Source of the DNA: the human T2T-CHM13v2.0 reference genome, Homo sapiens
NCBI RefSeq assembly: GCF_009914755.1
Contig: NC_060946.1
Strand: one strand, 5' to 3'
Length of the DNA: 64,000 nucleotides
Below are positions 37,582-58,441 of the stretch, one piece after another (the first letter of the stretch is position 1; each line of letters starts with the position of its first letter). The notes beneath the pieces were generated by a model. The model searched no databases. It saw only the letters and a program-made list of their open reading frames with translations, and was not told where the DNA came from. The translations under genes and the position numbers were made by a program.

Positions 37582-38585
37582 TATAATTTATTAGACTACC
37601 TTGCAATTTCAGGGGATCTTTTACCCATATATGATTTTATTAGATTACTAAGTGGTCTTTGGAAAATATTGATTCACTGAGGGATCCAGATATTCCAACT
37701 ATTGATACGGTTGTTTTTGTTTGTTTGTTTTGTTTTGTTTGAGACAGAATCTCACTCTGTTGCCCAGGCTGGAATGCAGTGGTGCGATCTCAGCTCACTT
37801 CCATCTCCTGGGTTCAGGTGATGCTCATGCCTCAGCCTCCTGAGTAGCTGGGACTATAGGCATGCACCACCAGGCCCAGCTAATTTTCATATTTTTAGTA
37901 GAGATGGGGTTTCACTATGTTGGCTAGGCTGGTCTTGAACTCCTGACCTCCAGTGATCCCAAAGTGCTGGGATTACAAGTGTGAGCCACCTTACCTAGTC
38001 CTACATATTTTTAATAAATAACAAAATTCACATTTGTTATAATCGACTGATCTCATCAGAAAAGTCTTTAAGTATTGGAATTAGTTAAGCTTACATTGTT
38101 GGTTGTAAGTCTTTCAAATCTTCTTATTGTCCACTCATGTTCTAAGTTGTTTTCCTTGAAGTGACAGGCTCACTTTATTCATTTTTGAAGAAATATGTCA
38201 GAAAATCAAGTTTTAATAATTGTGGTTTGTTAGTTGTTCTTACATGTAAAAACAGTGTTCCATGAAAAAGCAGTTATTTCAGTTTATAAATCACATGATC
38301 ACAAATTCTTTCCTCAAGAAAAACTATGGTGTAACAATAATTTTATGCTTTATTTCTCGTTTTGTCACATAGATAATTAAAAGATGTGTATTCATGGATC
38401 AAGACTTAAAACATTAAAGATTTTTGCTGCTTCATCAGTGATATTCTCAATGATACTCTACATTATTTTTACTGTAGTTGTAGTGCCAGTTGAGAATGTG
38501 ACAACTTCTAATACAGCTTGGTGCCAGCTGCCTTCAGTTTTGGAAATGCATCAACAGTATTACCCACCATAGCTTTTGCACCATG
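37140..38585 (-). mobile_element. Charlie1-like hAT fossil split by two Alus (~37267-37565 +, ~37710-38000 -)
   Basis: gatactaaaccaaa…gatctcatcagaaaagtcttt…ccttgaagtgacaggctcactt…ttggtgcca…ttacccaccat…gcttttgcacc. Confidence 0.75.
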
Positions 38586-38589
38586 TAAC

Positions 38590-43560
<4,971 letters not shown>

Positions 43561-44951
43561 AAAAGATTTTTTTTTCAAAATCATGAGTTGATATTTATGT
43601 TTTCAGTTTAATTCAATAGCACAATTACATATCTTTAAAACAATTTTATACCTGTAGCTAAGCTATAGTTGTATATTTTCTTTTAATATCATCTTTCCTA
43701 TAACTGAAAAAGTCATTAAAAGAAGAAAAGATTATTGTTTTGTTTCAATTTCAAAGTAATCAAAACTAAGTGTACTAGTATTAAATAGTTAAAGCTAGTA
43801 GATCAATAATGAAATTTAATGTTATTGCTTTTTGCTATCTTTTTTGAGTTTACTAGTGATGTAAAAGATTTGAGTTATTTGCTGTGATTATATAAATACT
43901 CTTTTGATGCATAATTCAGCTGTTAACATCATGTTAATTTGTGGCATTAATAATTTTACTGATAGCCCTTCTGTGATTCTGATTTTTGGTAGTGGTTTTT
44001 ACCTGGTAAGTAACGTTTTGTCAGCTGGCAGGTACTGGAAATCTGCTTTATCACTTCTTTTTTAAGAAAAGTGGAAAACACAAACAGTTTGTTCACCAAA
44101 GTTATATTTCAAGGATTCCATTCGACCAGAATCTGGTTCACCTTATTAACTTAACTTGGGGGTATATGTACTATATTTTTACATACATCTGTTTGGAGAA
44201 ACTTGTTTTATCTGTGTAATGTTTGTAAGACCAGAAGTTCTTTTACTGTTCTTGAAATAAAACTTTTAAGAAGCTGAGTATTCTTCTGTTAGTTTCAAAT
44301 ATGGACTATAATTACACCAAGGTTTTGGACTAAAGAGGAAGCAAATAATATGTTCTTATGTTCTTAAAAGACATGATTTAAGTGTATCCAACTAGATTCT
44401 TAGTGTGTCTGTGTTTACTCCTACTCAAATGAAAGCTTTTAAAATTTTTCCCACTTTTTGAAGTATTTAACTCTTCTGTAATATGCAGTGTCTTCTTATT
44501 AACTTTAAAGTTGTGTTAAGCAAATATGTTTAAACTCATATTTCAATTTCAAAAACCCTAATTTGAAACAATAAATTTTATCATTGTATACATTATGAGC
44601 TTTTAAGAATAACCAAAAAAATGGGGGTGGATGTTTTATGTGGAAGTTATGTGTATCCCTTTTCTGCTTTTGGCTGAGGACAGATATCTTAGAATTAGCT
44701 TTATGATGCATTCATCTATCTGATTATTTCAGTTAATATCATCTTAATATAATACAGGTTACTTGAGAAGAAAAACTCTTAACCCAGTATTGGAGAGATG
44801 CCAGGTAGGATACTAACCTTGATATAGGATTTCATGTGAGAAAGAAAAAGGAAAATATTTTCCATTAAAAGTTGAGTTTTTATCTAAAATTCTCTTAATT
44901 TTCTAAAAAAACTTAATTTTTCTAAAAATATGTTGAAGAATTATATATAAA

Positions 44952-45030
44952 ATTCACTTTGCTATATATATAGCTATATATATAGAGAGAGCTATATAGT
45001 TCTCTCTCTCTATATATAGAGCAAGTGAAT
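44952..45030. repeat. AT-rich imperfect palindrome
   Basis: ATTCACTT…TATATATAGAGAGAG C TATATA G T TCTCTCTCTCTATATATA…AAGTGAAT. Confidence 0.8.
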
Positions 45031-45415
45031 AATAGGTACACATTTCTAGGAATACCCCAAATATTAGAACCTACATACTAAAATCACATCAGGAAACAAA
45101 TAATAGTGCCCCAGACATTCCATTCAAGCCTCCTGCTGGTTACTATTCCTAACTCCCCAGAGACATGCACTATCATCTAGTAACAACATAGATGAGTCTT
45201 GCCTATGTTTGTACTTTGCGTAATTGGCTTCGTACTTTGTATAATTGAGCTACTAAGTACTGTTTTCTGTCATCTTTCACGTATATATTTGTGAGATAAA
45301 TCCAAATTGTTCCTTCCAGTCATTTATTTTTCTCATTGATATATAGTATTCTGTTGTTAAGAGTACTATAATTTATTTATTTTACCGTTGGTCATTTTGA
45401 GGACTTTCAATTTGA

Positions 45416-45829
<414 letters not shown>

Positions 45830-46164
45830 TGATTATATGTTATTTTCTTACAACCTAAATAAAAACCATTATGTAAACAAGACAAAATACTCAGTACATT
45901 TCCATAGTCGATGAATTTGTCTTTATTATTTGTATATAAATAATTGTGAACTCCTTGAGTTCAGTTCCTTTTTCATTTCCTGACTCTATGGACTTGAACA
46001 AGGAATTTAACCTCTCTGCTTCATTTGTAAAATGAAAAATAGTGATATCTACCTAAAGTGGTGGTGGTTAGATGGGAATAATTTCTTTTTTTTTGTTTTT
46101 GTTTTTGTTTTTGAGATGGAGTCTCACTCTGTTGCCCAGACTGGAGTGCAGTGGCACGATCTGA

Positions 46165-46404
<240 letters not shown>

Positions 46405-47059
46405 TAAAGTAATTCTTATAAAGTACTTGGCTTAGCTGCTGGCAAATAATAATGCTTACTGATTCTTGCATATTACCCATAGTTTATTGGCTAACTTTAT
46501 GTCTTCCTTAAATTATGAAATTCTATAAAGTATCCTTGTCTATTTTAAAATTATACTCATTTTTATAACTTACATGCTTTATTTGTATATATCCAGGATA
46601 CTAGATATTTGCAATCCAAATTGGAGATTACTTTTTGTCATTTTTTTTTTTCTGTAATGTGTGTTCTCACCACATAGAAGTTTTTACATTTTTATGTAGT
46701 CAGATTTATTCATGTTTTTATTTATGGTTATGTTAAAGATTATAGCTATTAGGGACCTATTTCTTCAGGGTTTATAATTTGTGTATGTTGTTACAAATAG
46801 AGAAATTATTTTTTCTTTGACCCAATAGGTAGAGGGCACTTTTGTGGACTCAGAAATCTTGCCTCTCCTATTTTATTTTAGGAAAATTTCTGAGATTCTG
46901 CCTCCTCATTTCCAAGCCAGAGTTTAAAATATTTACATTTTTACTTCATAGTGTTAAGACATTGTGTAATGTAAGTATAATGTGTAAAAAAAAATCTTAA
47001 AAATCTAATAGTGATTTGGCAGAGACCAAAGCATGGAGGGCCTTGAAATGCTGCTGCTC

Positions 47060-47991
<932 letters not shown>

Positions 47992-49262
47992 ACATTCTGT
48001 ATTGAGGGGTTTGCGTGTGATTCAGAATATATTTGTATTCCTTTAGAAAGATTGCTGTGGCAGCAGGGAGGAGGATGTGGCAGAAAGGAAAGATACTGGC
48101 AGGAGAAAAATCCCACTCTTAGCAGTCTCCATTTTGATTTTGTAATGTCGTTTGATGTTATTTTTTTAGCAGATGTTTCAATCAGAAATGTGTGTTTAAT
48201 AGTATGCCAACTAGAATGATTAGCCTGGACCAGAAAAAGAGTCATGAGTCAGTCATTGAACTGTTCATTACTTCAGGTCAATTCATATACAGAATAATTT
48301 CATAGATTAGGTTTTATTTCAGTCAGCTTTATTTCATTTTCTAAAGCGAACAGTTGTTTAAATCTCGGATCTCATTAACAGCATTTTAATAAACACAGTA
48401 TTAGGGTGGGTTTACTTACCTAGATTGCGAATCTCATGGATTATATATTGATTCTTATAGGCTTAATTTTTGAATCGGGCATTATTTATTGTAATTCTTT
48501 AGTCTTACAGTTTTGCATGTTTGAAGCTATATTTTTTCCTCTGAATACCACATTTGCCATGTCTCAGAGATTTTTTTGATGTTTCTTAATCATTTAAAAA
48601 TAATACATGATTTTTCTTCTTGATTGAAACTCTGCCATTATATAGAAAGGACTTTTAAATTTTGCCAGTGGATAGATTTGGGAGTTTATCCTTATATTGT
48701 GAATTTCTAATTTTTATTGTATTAGTTCTAGGGACGCATCTGCTTTTACTGGATATAACCTAGGAAATACCTGCTTTTTAAAATATTTGGACATTTCCTT
48801 ATGACCATACATGTGAATTTTTTTTTGAAAATTCTATGTACATTTGAATAGAATGTTTTCTCTATTTTTGGAATTCAGAGATCTGTGTGTATTTTATGTG
48901 TCTGTTTGAATGAAACCCGATCATTTCTATTATTTATTTCATATCTACTTAATATCCTGATTTGAGAGCTATGTTAAAGTCTAATCTATGCATGTTATTT
49001 CTACTCAGCTTTACTTTCTATATGTGACATATATTTATTAGGTGTATAAACTTTAATGACTATGGCTTCTTTTGGAATTTACACTGTAACATAAAACTTA
49101 TGTTATTATGAATTATTATCTGTGACTTATTCACTGCTTTTTAAATTCTGTTTCTTTGCAATTATTGCTATACCTGCATTTTTTTGGATAGCGTTTGTGT
49201 TTTTTCCCCTCAAGTCTGTTTTTGAATTGTGTATGTCACTGTGCATTGTGCATATGTATGAA

Positions 49263-49293
<31 letters not shown>

Positions 49294-49296
49294 ATA

Positions 49297-49895
<599 letters not shown>

Positions 49896-51186
49896 TTTTA
49901 TATTATATATGTGTACACACACACACATACATAAATGAAGTCTGTAGTATAGTTACATGTAAAATATGTGTATGTGTTAAGTAGTATATTTTGCATATTT
50001 TGAAAGTTGCTGTCTTTTACTAGAGAATTTAACCTATTTACATTTGCTATCCATGGACTTGAATGTTAGCTTAACAGACATTAAAATTTTGGTTTTAAAT
50101 AATTTTTTATAGACCTAGGAAAATAATGATTTTTTGGGGGTTTCTTTTTAATTCAGTATTGGTAATGAGAACTGATGCCCGATTCTTCTTTTTTTGTAAT
50201 GATCTGTTTTCTTTTTTATGTGGCTCCAAGAATTTTCCTTTTATCCTTGTTATTTCAAACTTTCTGGGAAGTTTTTACCTGAAGCTGCCATTCAGGGAGT
50301 TTAAGGAGGCATTGTTACAGATCAAGAGTGAGTATTTTTGTAGGGATATAGAGATAAGTGGAACAGTGATAATGACTCTTTGGGTTTTAGGTTCCTCATC
50401 TGTTGAATGAGGATTATGCTTAATTAAATGTTAGCTTTTATTATTAGATATAAACATAATTTTCCTTTAGAATTTTGGTGATTATAATCCCTCCTATTTT
50501 CTCCCTTTCTGGTACTCATATAAAACAGACGTTGCACCTTCTGGATCAGATTTTCGTGTCATTCTGCCTCTTTCTCTTGCTTTCCATCTTTGTTCTTTAT
50601 TACTGCATCCTGGGAGAATCCTAGTTGCCTAACACTAAAAACAGATTGGTGAAGATTAAAAACAAATTTGGAGCATGGGGATCCTTACAATACTTATTTA
50701 TTAGAGCACGTAGCCTAAAACCATTGCTATATCTGGTACAGAATTAATACTGGATAATTAATTAAATGAACTGTGGAATATTTAACTTCTTGGTATTTTT
50801 TTATGATACAACTTTAATCTCAGAAATTTTGTTCATTCTGTTGTGTTTTATAGATACATTTTGACAGATTATTTCAATCTATTAAATAAAAGTTTTGAAA
50901 ATTCCTCAGACTCATTCTTAAAATTGGTAATATGAGTTCTCACTGAGTTTTTGTTATTGTGTTCTTGGATTAATATGGGAAAATATTATTATAACATGTT
51001 GCTTTTTTCCTTTTCTTACTCCCTGTCTTTTCAATGATGAATAAAAGTAAAAAGAAAAAATGCTGTCTAGGAATTTTCATTATTGATTCAAATAAACCGT
51101 TTAGTTGATAAACCATTTAAGGGCTTTTTTTTAAAAATTTTTATAGACAGGTTCTCACTTTTGTTGCCCAGGCTAGAGTGCAGTAG

Positions 51187-51517
<331 letters not shown>

Positions 51518-52524
51518 TAACTTGCTTGATTTCTTTTATGTGTAGTGTATAAGAGTGTTGACATTTGAGAAGTTCCCTGTAGAAATCCATTCTTTGATAT
51601 TGTCTATGATTTTACAAGTACTTTTTATTTGGTTTAGGAAGATACATTCCAGACTGTGTATATATAGTAAACATTTTCTTTTAATGCCGAGTGCTCTTCA
51701 TTAGCTATTTAATTGTAACATATGGGTTTGAAGCGTTCCCCTAAATGTAGTGTTTTATTTTCCTTCTTTTATTCACTGATATCTTTATATGATATTGTAA
51801 ATTAGTATGTTAGATATATTCCAGTACTTTTCATAATAGTTTAGCTAATATAATATTTTTCATTGCAGATATGATTAAGAGAACATATTGGTGTTTCTAA
51901 AATGAGAAAGACATTGAGAAGCTGGTCAATTTAAATTATTTTCTGTTATTATATACTTACCTCTCATTATATTTTATCTGCCAAGATTATTTTTAGTGCA
52001 AAAGGCTTCTGCAAAACTTGCCATATAGTATCAAAATAAGCGATTTTAGATTTTAACAATTTAGCAGAAATTAGTTATGTTAATGAGTTGTTATAAACAT
52101 TTTTCAACAGATTGATTGTACTTTTTCTTTCGACATTTACGTGACCTTTCTCTTTGGACATTTAGACTACCAAGGTGTTGTATTTGCAGTTAATTCTGGG
52201 TTCTGTTAATGCACTAAACATATTTAGATACCTTGGGAGTTACAATATAAAAAATTACCTGTTTTGTAAAAGCTGGTTATTACACTTTATCAATGAAGAC
52301 AAATATTTATTTTTTTGTGTTTCTAATGCATTAATACCCTTGAGTGCCAAAATAGCACTGAAATGTTATTCTGTATACTTATAAATATTATATAAAATTA
52401 AAGTGTCACAACAGTAATTAGTGTTTATGAGTTATTTAGAAGCTTCTCCTGCTTCAGCCTCCTGAGTAGCTGGGACTACAGGTGCCTGCCACCACATCCG
52501 GCTAATTTTTTGTATTTTCAGTAG

Positions 52525-52615
52525 AGATGGAGTTTCACTGTGTCAGCCAGGATGGTCTCGATCTCCTGACCTCGTGATCCGCCCGCCTTGGCCTTCCAAA
52601 GTGCCGAGATTACAG
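52525..52615 (+). other. Exonised antisense Alu (91-nt BAGE 3' UTR exon)
   Basis: Acceptor ttttcagtag|AGATGG and donor TTACAG|gtgtga inside a partial antisense Alu (52444-52636); matches the Alu segment I recall in BAGE1 mRNA between exon 2 and the KMT2C-derived exon. Confidence 0.75.
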
Positions 52616-54022
52616 GTGTGAGCCACCGGGCCGGCCAGAGTTTTGTATCTCTTTCTTTTCTTCTTTCTGATTCAGCCCTCAGCAGTCATTTAGCTTTGTT
52701 ATGTTGATTCAATGCAGTAGACTGATGACAGTGAGGAAGAGTTTGATAGTATGTGAGATACAGATTTACACATAAAACATTGAAAACAATTATAATTTTA
52801 ACTACTGTAGTCCCTGGTTAATTAGCAGAATATAAAGTCAGTGTAGTAACATGTGAAGATATCCACAGTAATGTTAGCAGGGTCCAACTGTCTCTGCTGC
52901 GTGAGGCTCCAGTTATCTCAGCTAAGCTGTTTATGAGCCACACTCACAAACAAGATCACCAAAAGTTAAGTCTTTTTGGTATATGTATAGGAACACCTAT
53001 CTATTAGGGCCTGTTTGAAGCAGCATTTTTGGTGCTTTGGATACAAAGATAGTATGGTGCATCAACTGAAGGATCTTGGATTAGGATGAGAAAAAGGTAA
53101 ACTGATCATGTAATGGCATAAGCAAGTAGGTACCATGTAACGGTGTAAACAAAAATTTATGTTAGATAGTCATTTCCCACAGAGAGATTTCATACTGTAT
53201 AGTACAGGGCCCATCAGACTCTCTTCAAAGAAAATGATGCTCAAAATGGACTTGGGAGAATGAGGAAGAGTTTGTGAATCATTCTAAGGGAAAACTGAAT
53301 AAGTAAATGCAACATTTTACATAATTTCTTCCGACTTCTTATGTGTTCACTTGCCCTAGACTGCCCCTCTTGTTTGGGGCTTATTTCTGTGCATTTTACC
53401 ACTTGCAAGATAATGGAGGCAGGTTGAAATGGGAAAGATACCAGATGACTAATTTTTTCCCCCACATTTCCATCTTTTGTTAAGAAATTTGAAGTTGATT
53501 GCTACATTGAAGTATGTAGTTTTGTTTTTTTTGTGAGTCTTTAACCATTTGTGTCCCTGTTAACTTATAATTGATGAATTTATTTTGTATTTATTTTTAG
53601 GCAGGGTAAAAAATAGTAATATGTCTCATAAATAATATATGTTCCTATTACTAGTTTTGGTAGGATTTAAAAACTTTATAATAATCCTCAATATAGAAAC
53701 CTGCCCCTTTAACCATATTACTATTTGCTTTTAAAAAAAATTTTAGGTTTTGTTTATAAAATGCTTCACAATTTATTTTTGAAAATATAAGGAATGAAAT
53801 TCTAACTTTCTAATTTGAATGGAAGGATGAGTTGGTAGCACACGAAGCACAAAATTGAGTAATGTAGATTTTATTATTTTTAATGAATCCTTTGTTTAAT
53901 ATTTTGCAGGTTCAATTTGTTTACTTGTGATGTACAGAGAGTTTTTTATACCTTCCCAGCTTACATTTGAATATTCCTTTTCAAGGTTTTATAAAGAGAT
54001 TTCTCTCCTTTACCCCTTTCAG

Positions 54023-54185
54023 CGATGTGCATTTTGTAAGCACTTTGGAGCCACTATCAAATGCTGTGAAGAGAAATGTACCCAGATGTATCATTATCCT
54101 TGTGCTGCAGGAGCCGGCTCCTTTCAGGATTTCAGTCACATCTTCCTGCTTTGTCCAGAACACATTGACCAAGCTCCTGAAAGAT
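54023..54185 (+). pseudogene. KMT2C: Duplicated KMT2C (MLL3) exon (163 nt, exon 7 by my recall) encoding a PHD finger; reused as a BAGE exon
   Basis: Frame 0: RCAFCKHFGATIKCCEEKCTQMYHYPCAAGAGSFQDFSHIFLLCPEHIDQAPER (KMT2C ePHD). Shifted frame: DVHFVSTLEPLSNAVKRNVPRCIIILVLQEPAPFRISVTSSCFVQNTLTKLLKD (BAGE2/3-type C-terminal part). Polypyrimidine tract+AG and donor gtaagt are intact. Confidence 0.93.
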
Positions 54186-54404
54186 GTAAGTTTACTACGG
54201 ATAGACTTTTAAACTTCAACCAATGTATTTACTGAAAATAACAAATGTTGTAAATTCCCTGAGTGTTATTCTACTTGTATTAAAAGGTAATAATACATAA
54301 TCATTAAAATCTGAGGGATCGTTGCCAGAGATTGTTGGGGAGGGAAATGTTATCAACGGTTTCATTGAAATTAAATCCAAAAAGTTATTTCCTCAGAAAA
54401 ATCA

Positions 54405-54410
54405 AATAAA
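54405..54410 (+). terminator. Polyadenylation signal of the read-through terminal exon
   Basis: AATAAA followed by GT/T-rich sequence (gtttgcatgttttttattc), 220 nt past the KMT2C exon donor. Confidence 0.7.
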
Positions 54411-56207
54411 GTTTGCATGTTTTTTATTCTTAAAACATTTTAAAAACCACTGTAGAATGATGTAAATAGGGACTGTGCAGTATTTCTGACATATACTATA
54501 AAATTATTAAAAAGTCAATCAGTATTCAACATCTTTTACACTAAAAAGCCATCCAGTTGAAGAATTAGAAGACAGTTCACTCAGGTGTTATTTCAGGATT
54601 TACGTTAATAGGAACACCAAACACTTCTGAAATTCTTGGAAATTGTGTATCCCTGATAGGTGTGATAGAAATCTCTGCTAGCACCTTTTCATGATTCATC
54701 TATCTTAGTCATCTGTAATCTGCAGTTGTGCTGTTTTTCTTTCTTTTCCAAATAGTATTTTATAATTCAATGAAAATGTTTAAATGCTTGAAATTTACAT
54801 TATACAGGAAATTATAACTCTACTATTGTATCATTAAATAGAGATCTCTCCTTTTTCTTACTAGGTGTTTTCCCAATGAGCATGTATATTTTGGGATCTT
54901 TTCTCTCCTAGTCTATTGAATTTCCAATCTTATTATGAAACCTCCATGATATTTTATTCAGTCTTTTTTATGTCACCTCTTAGTTACCTAATGTTAGCTT
55001 TTACCTGTTCCTTAGCAATGTTGATAAAAGCTTTTTTTTCCTATCTTCTCAAGGTCTGTGAAACATAAGTATAGCTACCCCAGGCTTAAACTAATCTCAA
55101 ATACGGTTAGTGTACATGATCATTACCCTTTATCTTTGTTGAGTACCCTAATTTCATTTTCCATTAAAATTATTTTGTATCCACATATGTAATCATATCA
55201 CCCTTAGTAACCTAGTGTACAGACAAATTATAGGTACGGCAAACTAAAATTTTAAATTATATTTAAGCTAATAAGGGATTTAAAGTTTTAAAATCCTTTA
55301 GATTGTACACTCTTCAATCTGGAAGAGAAGAACTTTCATGCACAGCAACTGTTGTGGCTACTATTTATGTACTGAGTTACTTCAGCAAGTGCATACACTG
55401 GCAGTTATCAGAGTGGATTATATTCTGGATGGCATAATAAATATACTTTGTCATCTCAATAAAACAATTTTATGTGTATGTAAGAATCTGAATTTTATTC
55501 AGCCTTTTGTGTAGTCATGCTTTAGACCTCAGTAAACAACATGCAAACTTGTATAAGAATGTTGCTCTAATGTTAGAACTTTTTTTACTCAATGGCAGTG
55601 CTACTTTCTACTGAAAACTGTGTTCTAATAGTGTATACCTTCAGTTACATGTTAGCAATCATAAATCAGTTTGTAAAATAATAAACTAAATACTGAAGTG
55701 AGATAATTTGCTGTTGTTGATCATGTATATAATGAAAGGTTTATGGCAACATAAAGCTAAAAGATATACTAAAATTATGAGTACTCTGCCTTTTTCCAAA
55801 ATAGACTTATGGAGACTCATAAAAATACATGAGCAATAGGATAAAACTAAAAATAAGTAAGGAAATTTGGCAATGGAAAATTTAGATAGGATAAATATGA
55901 AGATAATAGAGAGACCCCCAAAAATATGTAATTCCAGACAAACCACAAATTTGGCCCCATACCTTTTCAACAGTCAATACAAAGAAGGACATATGAGCCC
56001 TTAATCTGATTCTTACTATTTATAACATCACTTGATATAATGATATAATAATAAGACATCCCTTGATAGAATGCAATGAAAAATTGTCTTAAAGTAGCCA
56101 CCTTGCAGTAGGAAAATACCAGTTTCATAGGGCTGTTTCTTATAGCAGCCTTCAAACTAAGTCAGTGGTATAAAATCAAGGCCTAAATGACTAAATTATA
56201 TTTCTTT

Positions 56208-56249
<42 letters not shown>

Positions 56250-58058
56250 AGATGGAGTCTCGCTCTGTCACCCTGGCTGGAATGCAGTGGCATGGCCTTG
56301 GCTCACTGCAAACTCCGCTTTCTGGGTTCAGGTGATTTCTCCTGCCTCAGCCTCCCAAGTAGGTGGGATTACAGGCGCACATCATAACACCTGGCTAATT
56401 TTTTGTATTTTTAGTAGAGACGGGGTTTCACTATGTTGGCTAGATTTGTCTCGGACTCCTGACCTCGTGGTCTGCCCGTCTCAGCCTCCCAAACTGCTGG
56501 GATACAGAGGTGTGAGCCATCGTGCCCGGCCTCCTTGGGGATCTTAAACAGTGCATTCTAACTACACAGCGTTCTGACCCATCTGTTAAGAAGATCATAA
56601 TCTTGGATTAAGTTCCAAGGATATAATTTAAAGAATATTGCAGATAGGATGTTTTGTCACATTTTTAACATCTTTTATAAATATTTCTTCCTATCCTAAT
56701 TGTGTGTCATGGCAGAAGTTACTTTTTATGCTTTTAAAATGATACTGTCTTAAATCATAGTGTTATTATGAGGGTTAAATGAACACAATGAATGGAATTC
56801 ACATAACATTGTGCCTTGTATATATTAATTGCTTTAAAAAGGGTAGTTATTTTACCTCATATCTAAGGCTTAAGTTATGAGAATGATAATACATATTGAG
56901 TATATGTATTTTCTGATGCTTCCTAAAGGGCAGAGCAGTAGCTGTGATAGTTGACTGAGTTAGGAGTAAGGTTGACCTCTTTTTATAAAAGTTGAGAAAT
57001 TTAACAAAAGCATGTATCTCATTATAAAGAAATCCACTAAAGAGAGTATCTGTGAAGAAGGCCAAGATTTTCATCAGGAAACACTTTTAGGGTGCTCTGT
57101 CATAGGTAAATGGCTGGTCATTGTTGCAACATTATTTTCATGATGATACAAGGATACATTAACCTTGTCTGGAAATTTTACACTAAAAATCCATCTAGGA
57201 GATACAACCAGATATACTTCCTGAATAGGAAAACTGAATGGTAAGAAACCAATCATGCAAGATAAGAGGAAAGAACATTCCAGGGAGAGGGAACAGACCA
57301 CTACACAGACCTTGAGGAGTGGACTTGGCATGATTCATGAACAGACAGCATGTCATTTTACTTGGAGCATAGTAGCCTACTAGGTGAGGGTAGTAGAGAC
57401 ATCATCAAGGCGAACAAAGGCTAGATCATGTAGGCTTGTAAGCAAGGGAAGGAGTTTGGGTTCTGTTCGGTCTGCAATGAGAAGTTTTTGCAAGGTTTAA
57501 ACATGGAAATGCTACATATCTTAATTCACCCCCTGTTCCTCAATGTATTTACTCATCATTTAGCTTTAATTCCTTTTACTTCACTTAAGATTTAACTCCA
57601 GCTTCTTTTCTTTGGTTATCTTTGTATTTCTTGACATTAAGTCCTGCTGCTTTTCTTTTGCCCTAAATTCTGTCAGTCCTCTGACCTTTCTTATCTACCT
57701 GCCAATGATACGGTCTAGCCTCTTTGGATGACATCCATGATTTATTTTTTCTTTCCAGAGATTCTCTTTTATAGACAAATCACTCAGCCCAGTGTCCTGC
57801 CAGTAATGAAAATTGGCAGATGATAGGGTTTGATGGAAATTAGAAAGCAATGCTGATTTGGTCCTTCTTCAATTTACACTGTATGACAGCTATTTTGACT
57901 TTTCTTGCTGTTCACCAATGCTTTTATTCTTTTGTGTTGTCTGGACTTTCTTAAGCAATAGTTTCATCAAGTTTAAGGATCTGTGATAAGCTCTGTTCTA
58001 ATTTAAGCTCAATGTTTTTGTCTTTTTTATTTATCTCTTCTGTATTTGTGTATCTGAA

Positions 58059-58441
58059 CACAAATACACCATGGAATACTATGTGGCGATAAAAAAGGAT
58101 GAGTTCCTGTCCTTTGTAGGGACACGGATGAAGATGGAAACCATCATTCTCAGCAAACTATCGCAAGGACAAAAAAACAAACACTGCATGTTCTCACTCA
58201 TAGGTGGGAATTGAACAATGAGAAACATGGACACAGGAAGGGGAACATCACACACCGGGGACTGTTGTGGGGTGGGGGGAGAGGGGAGGGATAGCATTAG
58301 GAGATATGCCTAATGCTAAATGACGAGTTAATGGGAGCAGCACACCAACATGGCACATGTATACATATGTAACAAACCTGCACGTTGTACACATGTACCC
58401 TAAAACTTAAAGTATAATAATAATAAAATTAAAAAAAAAAA
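58059..58441 (+). mobile_element. 5'-truncated young primate L1 3' end (L1PA3-like) with A-tail
   Basis: Close match to the L1PA ORF2 end and 3' UTR (…gggatagcattaggagatatgcctaatgctaaatgacgagttaatggg…cctaaaacttaaagtataat) plus poly(A). Confidence 0.92.

Noticed and set aside
33048-38585. Domesticated or active transposase
   Set aside because: The Tigger1 and Charlie remnants are riddled with stops, frameshifts and Alu insertions.
53927-54022. N-terminal extensions of ORFs 53927..54235 and 53967..54212
   Set aside because: This is intronic sequence upstream of the acceptor at 54022, with non-ATG starts; only the exon part is meaningful.
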